In this document: in pieces, positions 42,365-58,883 of the stretch
How the letters are laid out: each line of letters opens with the position of its first letter
How positions within the stretch are numbered: position 1 is the first letter of the stretch
Source: Eledone cirrhosa
Taxonomy: Eukaryota
Reading direction: 5' to 3'
DNA length: 64,000 nucleotides
NCBI GenBank assembly: GCA_964016885.1
Contig: OZ024743.1
Span: forward strand, 13,826,001-13,890,000
Program-made: the position numbers and the translations under genes
Notes under the pieces: generated by a model
Told to the model about the DNA's origin: nothing
The model's database searches: none
What the model saw: the letters and a program-made list of their open reading frames with translations, nothing else

Positions 42365-43225
42365 TAATATATATTTTAGAAATTAATATATAATTTAATT
42401 TAAATGTAGTTAACCTATAAATTTAATTTAATTAAAATTCTACTACAGATGAGATTAAAAAATATTGTGTAATCATAAATTGTGAAAAACTTTTAAATAT
42501 TATTAACATAATTAATATATACTTTGTAAATTAATTTATAGATTAATTTTAGTTTATTTAACCTTTATTAAAATTCCTTTACAGATGAAATATAACAAAA
42601 TATTGTGTAATCAATAACAGAGAAATATTTTTTAATATTATAAACCTAATTAATGTACAATTTAGAAATTTATTTATAAATTAATTTTAATTTAGTTAAC
42701 ATATAATTTTAATTTAATTAGCTTAAAATTAAAATTAAAATTAAAATTCTAATACAGATGTATTGCAGAATATCATGTAATCATAAACTGAGATAAATTT
42801 TTAAATATATACCTAATTAATATATTCTTTACAATTAAAAAAAAAATATATATATATATTAATTTTAATTTTTGTTAACCTATAATTATATTCTACTATA
42901 GATAAAATACAAGATCTGCTTTAATTATTATAAACCTAATTAACATATACTATAGAAATTAATATATAATTTTTAATTTAGTTAACCTATAATTTATATT
43001 CTACTACCGATGAAATACTTGATTTGGTTTTCCCTATTACTAAATTCATTTCCTAATATTGATACCATAATGTTAATATTTTTAATTTAGTTATGCTATA
43101 ATTAATACTCTACTACTGTTTAACTTCAAAATTCCGCTTCAAATATTATAAACCTAAGTAGTATATACCTTAGAAATCAATATATTAACTATTTTTAATT
43201 TAGTTAACCTATAATTAATAGTCTA
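42310..43225 (+). repeat. Decaying tandem reiterations of the ORF 3' end in the PLE 3' UTR
   Basis: AATATTATAAACCTAATTAA...TTAGTTAACCTATAA...CTACTACAGATGA recurs at ~42345, 42495, 42633, 42803, 42924 and 43141. Confidence 0.75.
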
Positions 43226-43504
43226 CTTATATTAAAATGCATAATTTTGCCTTCTTTCTTACATTTCCTAATACTGAAACTACTATGTAAACACATATTA
43301 TGATCTAAATGCAGCTTAATATTCTATGTTCCTTGAAACCTATATTTACTATTTCCCACTAATAATTTTAATCCCCTCCCCCCCTATAATTATTTGTATT
43401 TGTAAGGGTGGATGTATGTATGTGTATGTAAGTAGGTATGTATGTTTGGGTGTTTGTATGTGAGTATAAAAATACATATGTGCGCATGTAAATAAGTGTG
43501 TATG

Positions 43505-43543
<39 letters not shown>

Positions 43544-43710
43544 ATATATGTATATATATGTATATATATGTGTATGTGTATGTCTATATATATATATGTG
43601 TGTATGTATATATGTATGTGTGCGTGTGTATGTGTATATATATTTGTAGAGATGTGTGTAAGTATATATATATATATGTGTGCATAATTGTCTGACTGTG
43701 TATTTATTTA

Positions 43711-43771
<61 letters not shown>

Positions 43772-44220
43772 ATGTATATGTGTGTGTGTGTGTGTGTATA
43801 TATATTTATGTGTATGTATATATCTATATATATATATATATATATGTATATGTGTGTATGTATATCTCTTTATTTATGTATGTCTGAGTTGTGTGAGCGT
43901 GTGGTTGTATGTGTATATACATACATGGATATGAGTATGTGTGTGTATATATACGTATATGTATGTGTGTGTGTGTATATATTTGTGTGTGTATGTATAT
44001 ATATATATATGTGAGTATATATGTGTGTGTATATATATGTGTGTGTATGTATATATATATATGTATGTATGTGTGTATGTGTATGTACATATATGTGTGT
44101 ATATATATATGTGTGTTGTGAATATATGTATATATATATGTGTGTATATATATGTGTCTATGTATTTATATATGTATATGTATGTGTCTCTATATATATG
44201 TGTACGTATGTATATGTATA

Positions 44221-44301
<81 letters not shown>

Positions 44302-44521
44302 ATATCGTTGTGTATTTTATATTTTACTTGTTTATTTTTTAAATATATTTCTTTTTATTTCTAAATTTATAGATACATTTTTAAATAGGCAGTTGTCTGA
44401 CACCCTTAGTAATTACTGACCCCCTTCACCTACTTCTGCATCTAGTTGTAAATATATGTGGCAGTGTTTATGTGTGCGCCTTAATATCCATATAGTTATA
44501 ATAATAGTATATACATATGTG

Positions 44522-44552
<31 letters not shown>

Positions 44553-44907
44553 ATGTTCGTGGGTATGTGTATGTTTATGTGTATATGCGCGTGTGTGTGT
44601 GAATGTATGTATGTGTGTGTATATATGAATGTATATATGTTTATATACGTATGTGTATTTTATCTGTAGATTATAAACATACAGAGACATTAGCCCTGAA
44701 TTTTTGTATTTGCATACATTTTTTCGACATGCGTATGCATGTGAACATATATTTTTATGCATATCTGTGAACGAAGTTACTTACATATATACACACACCT
44801 AACTGTATTTTCTTGATATATTTTTGTTTATTTCATTGGTCAATTTGAACTCTGTTCCCAAACAGACCTGTAATTTTGAATTGTTGTTATTATCAATAAA
44901 TATATTT

Positions 44908-45056
44908 CATTATTTCTGAAGACGGCATATGTATGTGTTGGTATGTATATTAGATTTGATAGTTTGTATAATTTTGTATAATTTTGTACATAGATCTGTT
45001 GAATATGCATGCCAATTCTAACACATATATGTCCTAGAAACGATCGTTAAATAATG
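44908..45056 (+). ncRNA. Type I hammerhead ribozyme, long stem II (Naiad pLTR)
   Basis: cattattt CTGAAGA [~114-nt hairpin] GAAA c gatc GTT aaataatg. Perfect 8-bp stem I. Confidence 0.78.
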
Positions 45057-45275
45057 AACTTTTTTTGTTTAATATAAGGAACTGTTTCATTGTTTTATTC
45101 ATTATTTTTTTAATATTTTATCTTGACTCTGTATTCCGTTTATCTTTCACCGAAAGTGATTTTTGAATGCATCTCTTCTTTCCATGATATCCGGATTACA
45201 TTGAGTTCTTCATACGGATTGGACACTAGCGTAAACTCTTGGTAGATTTATCTACATATATATATATATATATAT

Positions 45276-46796
<1,521 letters not shown>

Positions 46797-48780
46797 TCGT
46801 GTTGATTCTTATCAGTGTAGTATTATCTGTGATATACGTATCAAAATACACTTGTGTTGTGATGGCAGTATCTGGAACCAAAAAGATAACAGATTAAACG
46901 CGGAGTAAAGAGAATTAGATATATATGTGAAGTATTAAAATAAATTGAAGTGTTTTATTTTTAATTCCCAATATATGTACGTTTTAAATGTCTTTACTAA
47001 ATTAAATAATTATACGGGTGGATATTAAAGTGCAATACCTGCCAGACGTAAGCTTTTCGCAGCTGGCTTATTAGAAATAAAAGTAAATATAGTAGCGATT
47101 CCATGAATGTTTGAAAACAGAATAATCTCTGAACTAAAATAACACAGAAAACACTAAATGAACATAAACAACTACTGTCTTTTATTAGAAATGTCTAATA
47201 AAAAAAATCCATCACTCAAATAATTTCAATATAATAATATATGTACTCTGTTGAAATATAATTTCTGAAAACAACAATAAATATTACATGGGTAGAGAAT
47301 TTATAATAAACAATGGACAAAGCGAAAATATTATCTATATATAAATGAAATGTCTTCTATGCGTACACGACTCTAATCAGCAAACTAATCGTATAGTTTA
47401 TTAATGTATATTAGCATACAGAAGATTGTACATTTACACAAACAGAAAAAGGAAGAAACGAAGATTAATATATAGCTGTTGAATATGTTATTTTTAAGTT
47501 TGTAAGTTTGTAATTGTTTGCCCGATCGAAAGTAGACCACATACTAAAAAGAAAACAACAACAGCATAGTATTTGAAGACGAGGATTAACAAAAATAAAC
47601 ATATGCTGTAAACACAACAAATATCCTTTATTATTTTGAGTATAAATTTGCAGAACACATAAAATATTTGAAGAAGGCAGGAAATTAGTGAAATAAAATT
47701 AGTTTCATAGTTTAAACTCTTCCAATAACAATAAAGAGAAAAAAGGAAACATTAAATTAGAGCAAAACATAAACAGGTTAATCCTTCTGAATTGGAAAAT
47801 TAGCATTTTGAACGTTGAAAGCTTTCGTTATATGCATAGCTAATCAACCAGAAAGATACTAATGTATCTGTGTATAACTATATGCTGATATAATTAAACA
47901 CCTACACATATATTTATAAGATGTTTAAAACCGTGAATCCATAAACATGCAGGTATAAAGCCATGTGCATTAGCAATTATTCGCCTCCAACAATATATAT
48001 CATACCCACACACATCAACATAATCCCATTAGATAAATCAAGTTAACGCCCTAAAAGTAACATATATCCATTCAGGTATGTAAATGACATTGATTTACAC
48101 GTAATTTGTTTTAGTGGCGACATCTTTAAATTGTTCACCTCTTTGATTTAGTAAATCAAATATCTGTATTGAAATATATATTTCAAATCCACATATATAT
48201 GGAAATGGTCTTTCAATAATTAACGTATCTAATATGATATCTACAATGTTTCTATTTGAAGAGCGTGTTTTCATTGAGTCTTTATGTATGTTTGAGTTGA
48301 GGTTAATTTATAATTTGTTTTCTGTTACGTAGTTTGAATTGTGCTAATATCCATCATCTGGCCAAGAAGCTCCTGAAAAATATTTCAATGTTCTGATATG
48401 ATACACAAACCAGTGGGAAAATGCATCCCGTTTTTGATAATTTTAATGCAGTGTGTATCTTTACAATCGTTTATAATACGGTTATATAAAATTGACATAT
48501 GGGTAGCCTCTCGGCTGAAGCAAACTATTTTTTCGAAAGTAACTGAAACGAAAAAAACATTTTTTCGAAAGTAACCGAAACAAAAAAAACATATTTTTCT
48601 GTTTTCCTTGCTCAATATATCAACCGGTGGGTTCAGAGAAGGTCAGTGCTTTTTTACAATTTGTTAATGTTTCATCAGGGACACTCATTTAAAATGTACT
48701 ATAGTCTATAAAGTATTTTGAGTGATTAGCATAAGCAATATCGGCTGGAAATGGTCATTTGCAAACGATGCGCGCTTTGG

Positions 48781-49181
48781 TGATTATATTTAATTGGCGG
48801 TAGGAATAAGACAACGGTTTAAGCATAATAGTGTTGCATATGAAAATATATATGATACGCCTTTATACAATACAATAAATATATAGGTAACCTAGCAAGA
48901 AAAGAAAAAAAAATTTTTTCTCAACGAAACGAATATTATGCTTGAACGCTGACTTACAGCTACAACAAATTATATATATATATATATATATAGTTATGTA
49001 ATAAACAACATAAGGCATTATTTCATTTACCAGTGGTTTCTTTGAGAAAAAAAGGTTTTTCTTCTCTTGCTAGGTTACCTATATATTTCTTGTATAAAAA
49101 GCGTTTCATATATATTTTCATATGCAACGCTATTATGCTTAAACCGTTGTCTTAGTCCTACAGCCAATTAAATATAATCAT
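48781..49181. repeat. Inverted repeat pair (48781-48925 / 49040-49181) with an internal (TA)n and family I fragment
   Basis: TGATTATATTTAATTGGC... / ...GCCAATTAAATATAATCA. Confidence 0.75.
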
Positions 49182-49202
49182 ATATATATATATATATATA
49201 TA

Positions 49203-49599
49203 TAGTTATGTAATAAACAACATAAGGCATTATTTCATTTACCAGTGGTTTCTTAAAAGCAAACAAATTTTGCTTTCAATCATCAGAATGAAAAAATCCA
49301 GGTGTTTTATTGACATTGGATTTTAAAAACAAAAATATAATCTATATGAAAGTGAGGCTGGAAAAGGAAGAAGAAAAGGAAAAATAAACACACATGCACA
49401 CACGCACACACACATACACACAATTACATACACACACATATATACATACACACATATATATACGCACACATACACACACAAACACATATATATATATATA
49501 CATACACATGCATATACACATACATGCACACATATATATCAACATATCCATACATACACATACACACAAATACACAAACACGCACACACACACACATGC

Positions 49600-49600
<1 letters not shown>
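49203..49600 (-). mobile_element. Family I element, inverted arm (partner of ~53860-54305)
   Basis: Reverse complement of ~53860-54240. Ends exactly at CATAACTA. Confidence 0.75.
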
Positions 49601-49631
<31 letters not shown>

Positions 49632-49634
<3 letters not shown>

Positions 49635-49895
49635 GAAGTTCTATTTAAATTGTTGGGATACAACAGTAAATATTTTTATAACTGATATAAAGCACTCAAC
49701 AAATCATTGGAGTAAAAATACGATATATTAACAAATGGAAACTATATTTATAAAACCATATTTATTTCATTATACATATTTCAATGACACCAAGTTAAAT
49801 TATGGTGGGCTTTCATCAGATAAAATATAATATAGAGCAGTTTTATAAATAAATATTGACATACCCTTAAAGAATGCGACCATTTCTGTTGGAAG
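49632..49895 (-). mobile_element. Family C pLTR plus tail
   Basis: Homologous to 13951-14234 and 18250-18498. Confidence 0.8.
49763..49827 (-). ncRNA. Type I hammerhead ribozyme (family C)
   Basis: Minus strand: tattttat CTGATGA aagcccacca..tggtgtcatt GAAA t atgt ATA atgaaata. Confidence 0.75.
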
Positions 49896-50799
49896 CTCCC
49901 GGATAGTGGGGTTATAACTTTATTTATACTATTATGTAAATTAGTTTCGGATATTTTTAAATCAGAGTAGATTTAAATAAACCGTTGGGTTATGGAGAAA
50001 GAGAGAGAGGGAAAAAAGAGAGATAGAAAAAAGAGAAAAAAGAAAAAAAAGAATAAAAGAGAAAAAAGAAAAAAGAGCAAACTCTAAGAGGTGAATAAGA
50101 AAAATAAGAAAAGAGAAGAGAAAGCGAAAGCTCTGAGTGATATGTTGTTGTATTAACCTTAACTTTTGAGATGGAGTGAAGGAATAAATATTTAATGGAT
50201 GAATAGAGACGTGTAAATAAGCGTGAAAGGAAAATACATAAATAATAGGAGAATTTTAACCATTGTTTATGATTAAATGTTTAGTTTATAAATTAAATTA
50301 TTGAGATCTATATATTAAAAATTGAGATCTATATATTATTAAGAAATCTATATATTATTAAGACTATATATTATAAAAAAATCCATATATTATTAAAAGA
50401 ATATATTCATATATATACATATGCACACACAGATATATATATACATATATACATATACATATATATACACATACCTATATATAGATACATATACATCCAA
50501 ACAATAAAGGATTTTTTAATTTAAGATATAGGAATTTTCATAAACTTATAGATTTTTCAGAGAAAAACTTAGAAAAAACAGAGAAAATCATTTCTATGTA
50601 ATATCGAAACAGCGTGAAGGAAATTAAGTTATTTAATTATATTAAATGTTACAAATGTTAAGATAGTAAAGAAAACTTTAGGTTATACAAACCTTATGTT
50701 ATTAAGTTTTATATCTAATAAATCCACCTGTTATGTAGTTGTGACTGTTATTATATAAGTTTGTTTATCCTTATAAACGAGTGCACCCGAATTGTATGC

Positions 50800-50832
<33 letters not shown>

Positions 50833-51494
50833 ATCCTCACATAGATAACATAGACGTACTTACACACATATATATATATATAGATACATATACACAGATA
50901 TATATATATATATATATATATACATACATACGTATATACACACGTATATATATAGATAGATATATATAAATACAGTACATACTATAATTGAAGTATATAA
51001 TATCTATAATATAAAATAAAATAAAATAAAAATGAATTATATTACGATTTGGAAATATAATTATAAGCAATATAACTTTAAATCAATATAATTTAAAAAA
51101 ATATAATTTAAAAAAATATTATAGAATATTTTAAGTTTTAATTTTAAAATAAGAATATGTTTAATATATTCAGTATAAAAATTTAAATTTTCTATATAAT
51201 ATTTAGTTCTCAGTATGTTTAACTTAATTTTATAGCCATAAGAAAAAGAAAGAGAAACTTTCAAAAGAGAAATTTTCAAAAATAGGAGAAACTTTCAAAT
51301 AAAATATTTTCCCCTTTTAAGAGCTTTCAGTATGTTTCGCAAGAAGAATTTTTTATTTTTTATTTTATTTATATTTTTTATTTATATTTAGAAAAAAATT
51401 TTTTTTAACTTGAGAGTTTAAGCAGTCAAATGAAGGAATCTAATGATTTATCGATAGGTTCCATGTATTAATAGAATTAATTAATTATATATTA

Positions 51495-53030
51495 CATTTT
51501 AAATTTATATTTAAACGTTGAGTTCAATCTATGTCTGCAGCAGCTGAATAAATTGTTCCTTAGGTTCAGGGAATTTTTGGGCTTTAATATTAAGAATATT
51601 TCCTCTATACAAAGATCACAATTTTCTGAAGAGGAGTTAAACGGAGTAGCTTATGAAATAATATTCCAAAGCAACGAATATTTAACGTTCTTTAATTTGA
51701 GGTCCCATAATAAGCTAGATAGAGAAGTTGAAGATTTTTTGTTTAGATGTGTAAAAGAAATTTTATGATTATTGAAACGGGATTTAAAATCTGTGGATTT
51801 TATCCTACATAATTAAATGAATTTAAATTAGTTTTTACATTACAATTATATACTATATTTTTAGCTAAACAATTGTTATTTAACGGACAGTTAGATTTAT
51901 TTCTACAGTTAAATTTATCAAATTGGATATTACTTGGGTTATTAGTGGTATTTTGGTTATGTTTTAAATATTTATTATTAATTCTATTAATATTTTGCGC
52001 TAAATCTTTGGTGGATGGATAAGTTAATTTTATAGTATGTCTATTAAAAATTGAGTAATATCTATGTGTTCTAGGTAAGCATTTGTCAAGAGCTTTAAAG
52101 AATAGTTTAGCAATAGGGGTTTTAATATTTAATGAGAAAGGAGGAGTAAACCATAATATATTCCTAGTTCTATTTCTTTTTTTCGTTTTCCGAAATATTG
52201 TAAGGTTTTCTATTATAGTTGTTAACATTTTTAAAATTGTTAAAATTGTTAAGATTATGGTTAGTTATTATATTATTATTATCAATGTATTTAATTTTAT
52301 TTCTATATCCAGCTCTAGCTAACGCTTCGTTGTAATAATGTGCTTTATCATCAAATATATTCTTATTAGCTGCAATTCTAGAAATGCGTTGCTGTTCAGA
52401 ATTCACTATAGTATTTTTAACGGATCTGGGGTGATTAGAGTTAAAATTAACGTAGTTTAAGTTCTCGTTTAGTTTGTGAAATGGATAATGAAGACATGTG
52501 TTAAGGTTTAATGTTACATCTAGAAAGTTAACTATTTTATGGTTATTCTCTATTTCTACTTTTAGATTAAGGTAATTAAAGAATTGTATAATTTCTTTTC
52601 TTTTCCTATTTAATTCACAGTTATTATTTTCGATATGTAAAAGCATGTCGTCACGATATAAACCTCCGGTCACCTCAGGTATTTTCCTATGTAGAGAATT
52701 ATTTATAAAGAGGCCCACAAGATCCGTTACCTTTGCGGAATCGGGTGATCCCATAGTTATATTAAAGTTATTGTTTCTATCTGCTCTAGTCCAGAGTTGG
52801 TTATTAAATTCTATTAATGTTTTCCGTGACGATAATATAATGTGCATTTCATTACTAGTTAAGTCTGTATGTTTAAGTGCCTAAGTTAGTGCTTTATTAA
52901 GTAGATTGGGAGTGATGGATAAGTAATAATTAGCAATATCCAATTGAATAAACTTATTATTATAGTTATATTTAATTTCCTTAGACCAATCGATAACTTC
53001 ACTAATAAGTTATCTACAGTGATTTAATGC
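51495..53030 (-). pseudogene. 5'-truncated, frameshifted Naiad-type PLE RT + GIY-YIG
   Basis: ITMGSPDSA, GGLYRDD, VNFLDVTL, SNHP, WFTPPFS, NCRNKSNCPLNNNC, YVG, C-terminal CCRH. Confidence 0.88.
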
Positions 53031-53348
53031 TTATTTTCATTGATCATTTGCTCCAGGAACTTGTTGAGTGCTCTAAATCAGCTATAAACATTTATACCCT
53101 TTTCTAATTATTTATTTATTATTTGTCGTATTCCCAACTTTTTATTTTCATATATATATATAACATTTATGTATTTTCTTATATATATATGTGTGTGTGT
53201 ATGTATGTTTATGTATGTGATTATATATATATATATTGTTTTTAAAGTTAAACAAGGTTCATATGAATACATCTAAGAATGAGTTTTACACACATACATA
53301 TGTGTGTGTATGTATTTGTATGTATGTGTTTGTGTATATGTATGTATA

Positions 53349-53423
<75 letters not shown>

Positions 53424-53800
53424 ATATGTATATATGTGTGTGTGTATGTATATGTGTATGTGTATGTATGTCTATATGTATATGTATATGTATGTGTATG
53501 TGTGTATGTATTTATTTTTACGTATGTATGTGTATGTGCAATTGTGTGTATTGCTTACCACGTGTGTTAGTTCATTTATTTGTTGCCTGTATCACTGTCA
53601 ACTTTATAATCATTTTTATATTCATTTTTATTCTTATGTGACGGTATTTATTTTTTTTTTCTTATAATTATTTGTGTGTGCGTATGTACGTGTGTGTACA
53701 TATATCTATATTTGTGATTGCATATGTATGCGTGTATATATGTGTGTATGTATGTGTGTGTATGTACGTGTGTATATATGTATGATTGTGTGTGTGTATG

Positions 53801-54503
<703 letters not shown>

Positions 54504-55489
54504 ATGTATATGGCGCAGCAGTGGTTATGTGGTTAATTGATTCAGAACTCGAATGTAGTAAAAGAATTCCATTTCTTTAGGAATGAGCACGCATAGTGAT
54601 TATTATTAGTATAGTTAAAACTGCGCAAATTAAAAATCGCAAAATATGCTGCTACTACATGCCTTTCAAGTTAACAGAAAATAGACGTCGAGAGACATGC
54701 GACATAAAGTGACTCACGAATCATTTGTAATTAGGCCAATGTATTTAGTTATAATTTTTTTCTCTAACCTACTTAATCAAATGAATATTTCATACAGTTT
54801 AATGGACTGCATTGAAATTTAAAATTCAAAATAAGCAAATACCATGCACATGTATGATATGCTGCCTTTTTCATTGAATTTATTTAACACTATCGATTCT
54901 GTGTATTTGGAAACCACACAAAACATATCTCTTTTCTATAAAAAAACATAACCAATTGTACAAAAATATAATAATATTTTGAAATGTTCGCAATTTTAGC
55001 AATTATAGTTACTCTATGGAAAACTTTATTCTTTCTTTTTACTTTAATGTTCATTCTCTAAATCGCTTATACATATACTACTAAAACTGCTAACAAAATA
55101 CTGCCGTAATCATACAGAACTATGTAATAGAAGTTTTTCTTCAGTTGTATTTATAGTTAAACCACAACGTGGTGTAATAGAATTTTGCTTTTCATATATT
55201 TTCGCATGTGATCCCTGATTATGCGGAAATATGCCCAAATACGTTCAAGGATTCACCATAAAAACTTATCAAGTGCAATTCAGATTTCATCTTATGTAGG
55301 GTTAAGTAACACTATGTCCTCGGCAAATTCCAGCCGACTGATTTCACACCGGCCAATGAAGATACCACTTTGAAACCGATTGCAGATTATCTAATTTCTT
55401 AAAGTGTATTTTCGTTATTTAAATGTGTAATTTTGGAAATTTAGTCTACTATGTTTTTGGATTTCAAATTCCGACACAAGATCAACATA

Positions 55490-55523
<34 letters not shown>

Positions 55524-57580
55524 GTTGTTATTCCTTGAATCTCAGTCATTGATGTTGGTTAACTGGAAAGTCCGTTGGAATGAATATGAAGCCACTACCT
55601 GCAGCCTCAGATATTCAGGACGTATCGGAGGGTTCTTGCTGTTCCAAGCAAGCATGCCTTTTGAAGCGTTCCATAAAGCGTGAAAGGGCCGATTTTCTTT
55701 AACCATCCCTGGCAACTTTTGGAGATAGTCCCCAGTGCGCCTATGACAATCGGGATCACTTTGACTTCATGGCAGTTCCAAATCCTTTTCACCTCCCACT
55801 TTAGGTCCTGGTATCGGTTAATTTTCTCCCTCTCCTTCTCTTGCACTCTCGTGTCGAAAGGGCAGGCCACATCCACAATCAGACACGATCTTTTTTCTTT
55901 GTCCACAACCACCAGGTCAGGTCTATTGTGTTCCAGTTTTTTGTCCGTCTGTATCCTAAAATCCCACAACACCTTCACCTGATTGTTCTCCATCACCGCC
56001 TCTGGCCTATGCTCATACCATTTCTCAGAATGTGGTAAATTGTTTACTTTGCACAGGTGCCAGTGGATCACCCTGCCCATCACATCGTGTCTCCAGCCCT
56101 TATAGTGGGTCTGGGCTAGGTGTTTACACTCGGACACAATGTGAGCCACAGTCTCCTCTCTCTCTCCACAGATCCTGCACAGTGGGCTAGCCTCCTCCTT
56201 GTAAATATGGTGCTTCAACCACTTCCTTTTGAGGGCCTGCTCCTGCGCAGCCATTAGCATTCCTTCTGTAGCCTTTTTGAGGTCTCCTCTTCTCAACCAG
56301 TTCCATATCTGTGGATCTCTAAATTCAGTTTTCTCAAAGAAGGTACTATGAAGGGATTTTCCCTTAAGGCTGCTCTTCCTCCTTGATGTTATTTCCTCCT
56401 TGGACATCCCCTGGCCTGCTGTCCCCTCCTTCAGTACAGTTCTGAGCATTAGCTCCTTACTATAGGTCACGTATTTGTATAGGTTGTTTTTCTCCATGTG
56501 AACACAGTCCTCTATGCTGATAAGACCTCTTCCAGCCTCAGATCTCCTTAGGTAGAGTCTATCGACATCACTCCTCTTGTGGAACATGTTGTAGATAGTC
56601 AATAGCTTCCTAGTCTTCCTATCCATTTCTTTTTGTTCAGCAACATTCCATCTCAGAATTCCCGCACTGTACCTAATAATAGACACAGCTCGGCAATTTA
56701 CTGCGCTTATGGCATTTCTGCTGTTCAGATGTGACTTCAATACGCTCCTTACTCTCCGAATGTATTCAGTTCTTATCAATTCCTTCATTTTTTTGTTCTT
56801 TATGCCATCAGCCTCCAGAACGCCCAAATACATGTATCCTTCCTCAGAGTCAATTTCCTTTATCATCTCACCTGTTGGTATCTGGATCCCGTTACTTCTG
56901 CTCAACCTACCCCTCCTCATCACAATGACTCCACATTTACTAATACCAAACTGCATACATATATCACTGCTGAAAATACGGACAGTGTCAACAAGCACAT
57001 CCAACTCCTTCTCACTTTTCCCGAAGAGCTTAAGATCGTCCATGAAGAGGAGGTGATTGATGGTAAGCTCTCCCTTTCCCAACTTGTATCCTGCTCTCAC
57101 TTTTCGCAGCATAATGGTCAAGGGCATCAGGGCAAGGACAAACAACAGAGGGGACAGGCTATCTCCCTGGAGGATACCTCTATTGATCTTCACGCTTCCC
57201 AAGGATACTCCAGTTGATGTCAACTCTGTCTCCCAGGACCCCATACTCCTGCCCAGCAACTGTCTGATGTTATCTGCCACCCTGAAGATCTCCAGGCTTT
57301 TGGTGATCCAAGAATGAGGCACCATGTCAAATGCCTTTCTGTAATCTATCCATCCCATGGCAAGATCAGTGTGTCTCCTCCTGCAATTCCCCATTACCAT
57401 CTTATCAATAAGTAACTGGTCCTTTGTACCACGTGACTTCTTTCGGCATCCTTTCTGTTCGTCCGGCAACAAGTTGTTTGTGTGGAGGTGATGGTAGATT
57501 TCCTCAGACACAATGCTCGTAAACAGTTTCCACATTACGGAACATGGCCGTCAGCTTCGGGTGGAGGGATGTTAAATTTT
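55490..57580 (-). mobile_element. R4/Dong-like RLE retrotransposon, family 2 copy a (5'-truncated)
   Basis: ORF 55607-57535, ~75-nt 3' UTR, (TAA)n tail at ~55490-55530. Confidence 0.92.
55607..57535 (-). CDS. Truncated RT-RLE ORF (642 aa, lacks the N-terminus and the start of RT)
   Basis: [26 protein letters not shown]...HIVSEC, RHD, RPDL..D, K..RY. Confidence 0.85.
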   Translation of the reverse strand: MWKLFTSIVSEEIYHHLHTNNLLPDEQKGCRKKSRGTKDQLLIDKMVMGNCRRRHTDLAMGWIDYRKAFDMVPHSWITKSLEIFRVADNIRQLLGRSMGSWETELTSTGVSLGSVKINRGILQGDSLSPLLFVLALMPLTIMLRKVRAGYKLGKGELTINHLLFMDDLKLFGKSEKELDVLVDTVRIFSSDICMQFGISKCGVIVMRRGRLSRSNGIQIPTGEMIKEIDSEEGYMYLGVLEADGIKNKKMKELIRTEYIRRVRSVLKSHLNSRNAISAVNCRAVSIIRYSAGILRWNVAEQKEMDRKTRKLLTIYNMFHKRSDVDRLYLRRSEAGRGLISIEDCVHMEKNNLYKYVTYSKELMLRTVLKEGTAGQGMSKEEITSRRKSSLKGKSLHSTFFEKTEFRDPQIWNWLRRGDLKKATEGMLMAAQEQALKRKWLKHHIYKEEASPLCRICGEREETVAHIVSECKHLAQTHYKGWRHDVMGRVIHWHLCKVNNLPHSEKWYEHRPEAVMENNQVKVLWDFRIQTDKKLEHNRPDLVVVDKEKRSCLIVDVACPFDTRVQEKEREKINRYQDLKWEVKRIWNCHEVKVIPIVIGALGTISKSCQGWLKKIGPFTLYGTLQKACLLGTARTLRYVLNI

Positions 57581-57581
57581 T

Positions 57582-58819
57582 AATTATTATTATTATGATT
57601 ATTATTATTATTATTATTATTATTATTGTTATTGTTATTCCTTGAATCTCAGTCATTGATGTTGGTTAACTGGAAAGTCCGTTGGATTGAATATCAAGCC
57701 ACTACCTGCAGCCTCAGATATTCAGGACGTATCGGAGGGTTCTTGCCGTTCCAAGCAAGCATGCCTTTTGAAGCGTTCCAAAAAGCGTGAAGGGGCCGAT
57801 TTTCTTTAACCATCCCTGGAAACCTTTGGAGATAGTCCCCAGTGCGCCTATGACAATCGGGATCACTTTGACTTCATGGCAGTTCCAAATCCTTTTCACC
57901 TCCCACTTTAGGTCCTGGTATCGGTTAATTTTCTCCCTCTCCTTCTCTTGCACTCTCGTGTCGAACGGGCAGGCCACATCCACAATCAGGCACGATCTTT
58001 TTTCTTTGTCCACAACCACCAGGTCAGGTCTATTGTGTTCCAGTTTTTTGTCCGTCTGTATCCTAAAATCCCACAGCACCTTCACCTGATTGTTCTCCAT
58101 CACCGCCTCTGGCCTATGCTCATACCATTTCTCAGAATGTGGTAGATTGTTTACTTTGCACAGGTGCCAGTGGATCACCCTGCCCATCACATCGTGTCTC
58201 CAGCCCTTATAGTGGGTCTGGGCTAGGTGTTTACACTCGGACACAATGTGAGCCACAGTCTCCTCTCTCTCTCCACAGATCCTGCACAGTGGGCTAGCCT
58301 CCTCCTTGTAGATATGGTGCTTCAACCACTTCGTTTTGAGGGCCTGCTCCTGCGCAGCCATTAGCATTCCTTCTGTAGCCTTTTTGAGGTCTCCTCTTCT
58401 CAACCAGTTCCATGTCTGTGGATCTCTAAATTCAGTTTTCTCAAAGAAGGTACTATGAAGGGATTTTCCCTTAAGGCTGCTCTTCCTCCTTGATGTTATT
58501 TCCTCCTTGGATATCCCCTGGCCTACTGTCCCCTCCTTCAGTACAGCTCTGAGCATTGGCTCCTTACTATAGGTCACGTATTTGTATACGTTGTTTTTCT
58601 CCATCTGAACACAGTCCTCTATGCTGATAAGACCTCTTCCACCCTCAGATCTCCTTAGGTAGAGTCTATCGACATCACTCCTCTTGTGGAACAGATTGTA
58701 GATAGTCAATAGCTTCCTAGTCTTCCTATCCATTTCTTTTTGTTCAGCAACATTCCATCTCAGAATTCCCGCACTGTACCTAATAATAGACACAGCTCGG
58801 CAATTTACTGCGCTTATGG

Positions 58820-58822
<3 letters not shown>
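57582..58822 (-). mobile_element. R4/Dong-like family 2 copy b (5'-truncated, ~1.2 kb)
   Basis: Near-identical to the 3' part of copy a. Bounded by (TAA)n on both sides. Confidence 0.92.

Positions 58823-58883
<61 letters not shown>

Larger units (their letters stand above)
39736..45257 (+). mobile_element. Full-length Naiad-type Penelope-like retroelement
   Basis: ~46-bp terminal direct repeat TACGGATTGGACACTA.CGTAAACTCTTGGTAGATTTATCTACATA at 39736 and 45213. Intact ORF, long low-complexity 3' UTR, HHR at 44908. In (TA)n. Confidence 0.9.

Noticed and set aside
42310-43225. CRISPR-like array
   Set aside because: Eukaryotic context, degenerate units without unique spacers, and no cas genes.
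48570-48686. Minus-strand CTGATGA...GAAA hammerhead
   Set aside because: Stems I and II cannot be paired convincingly.
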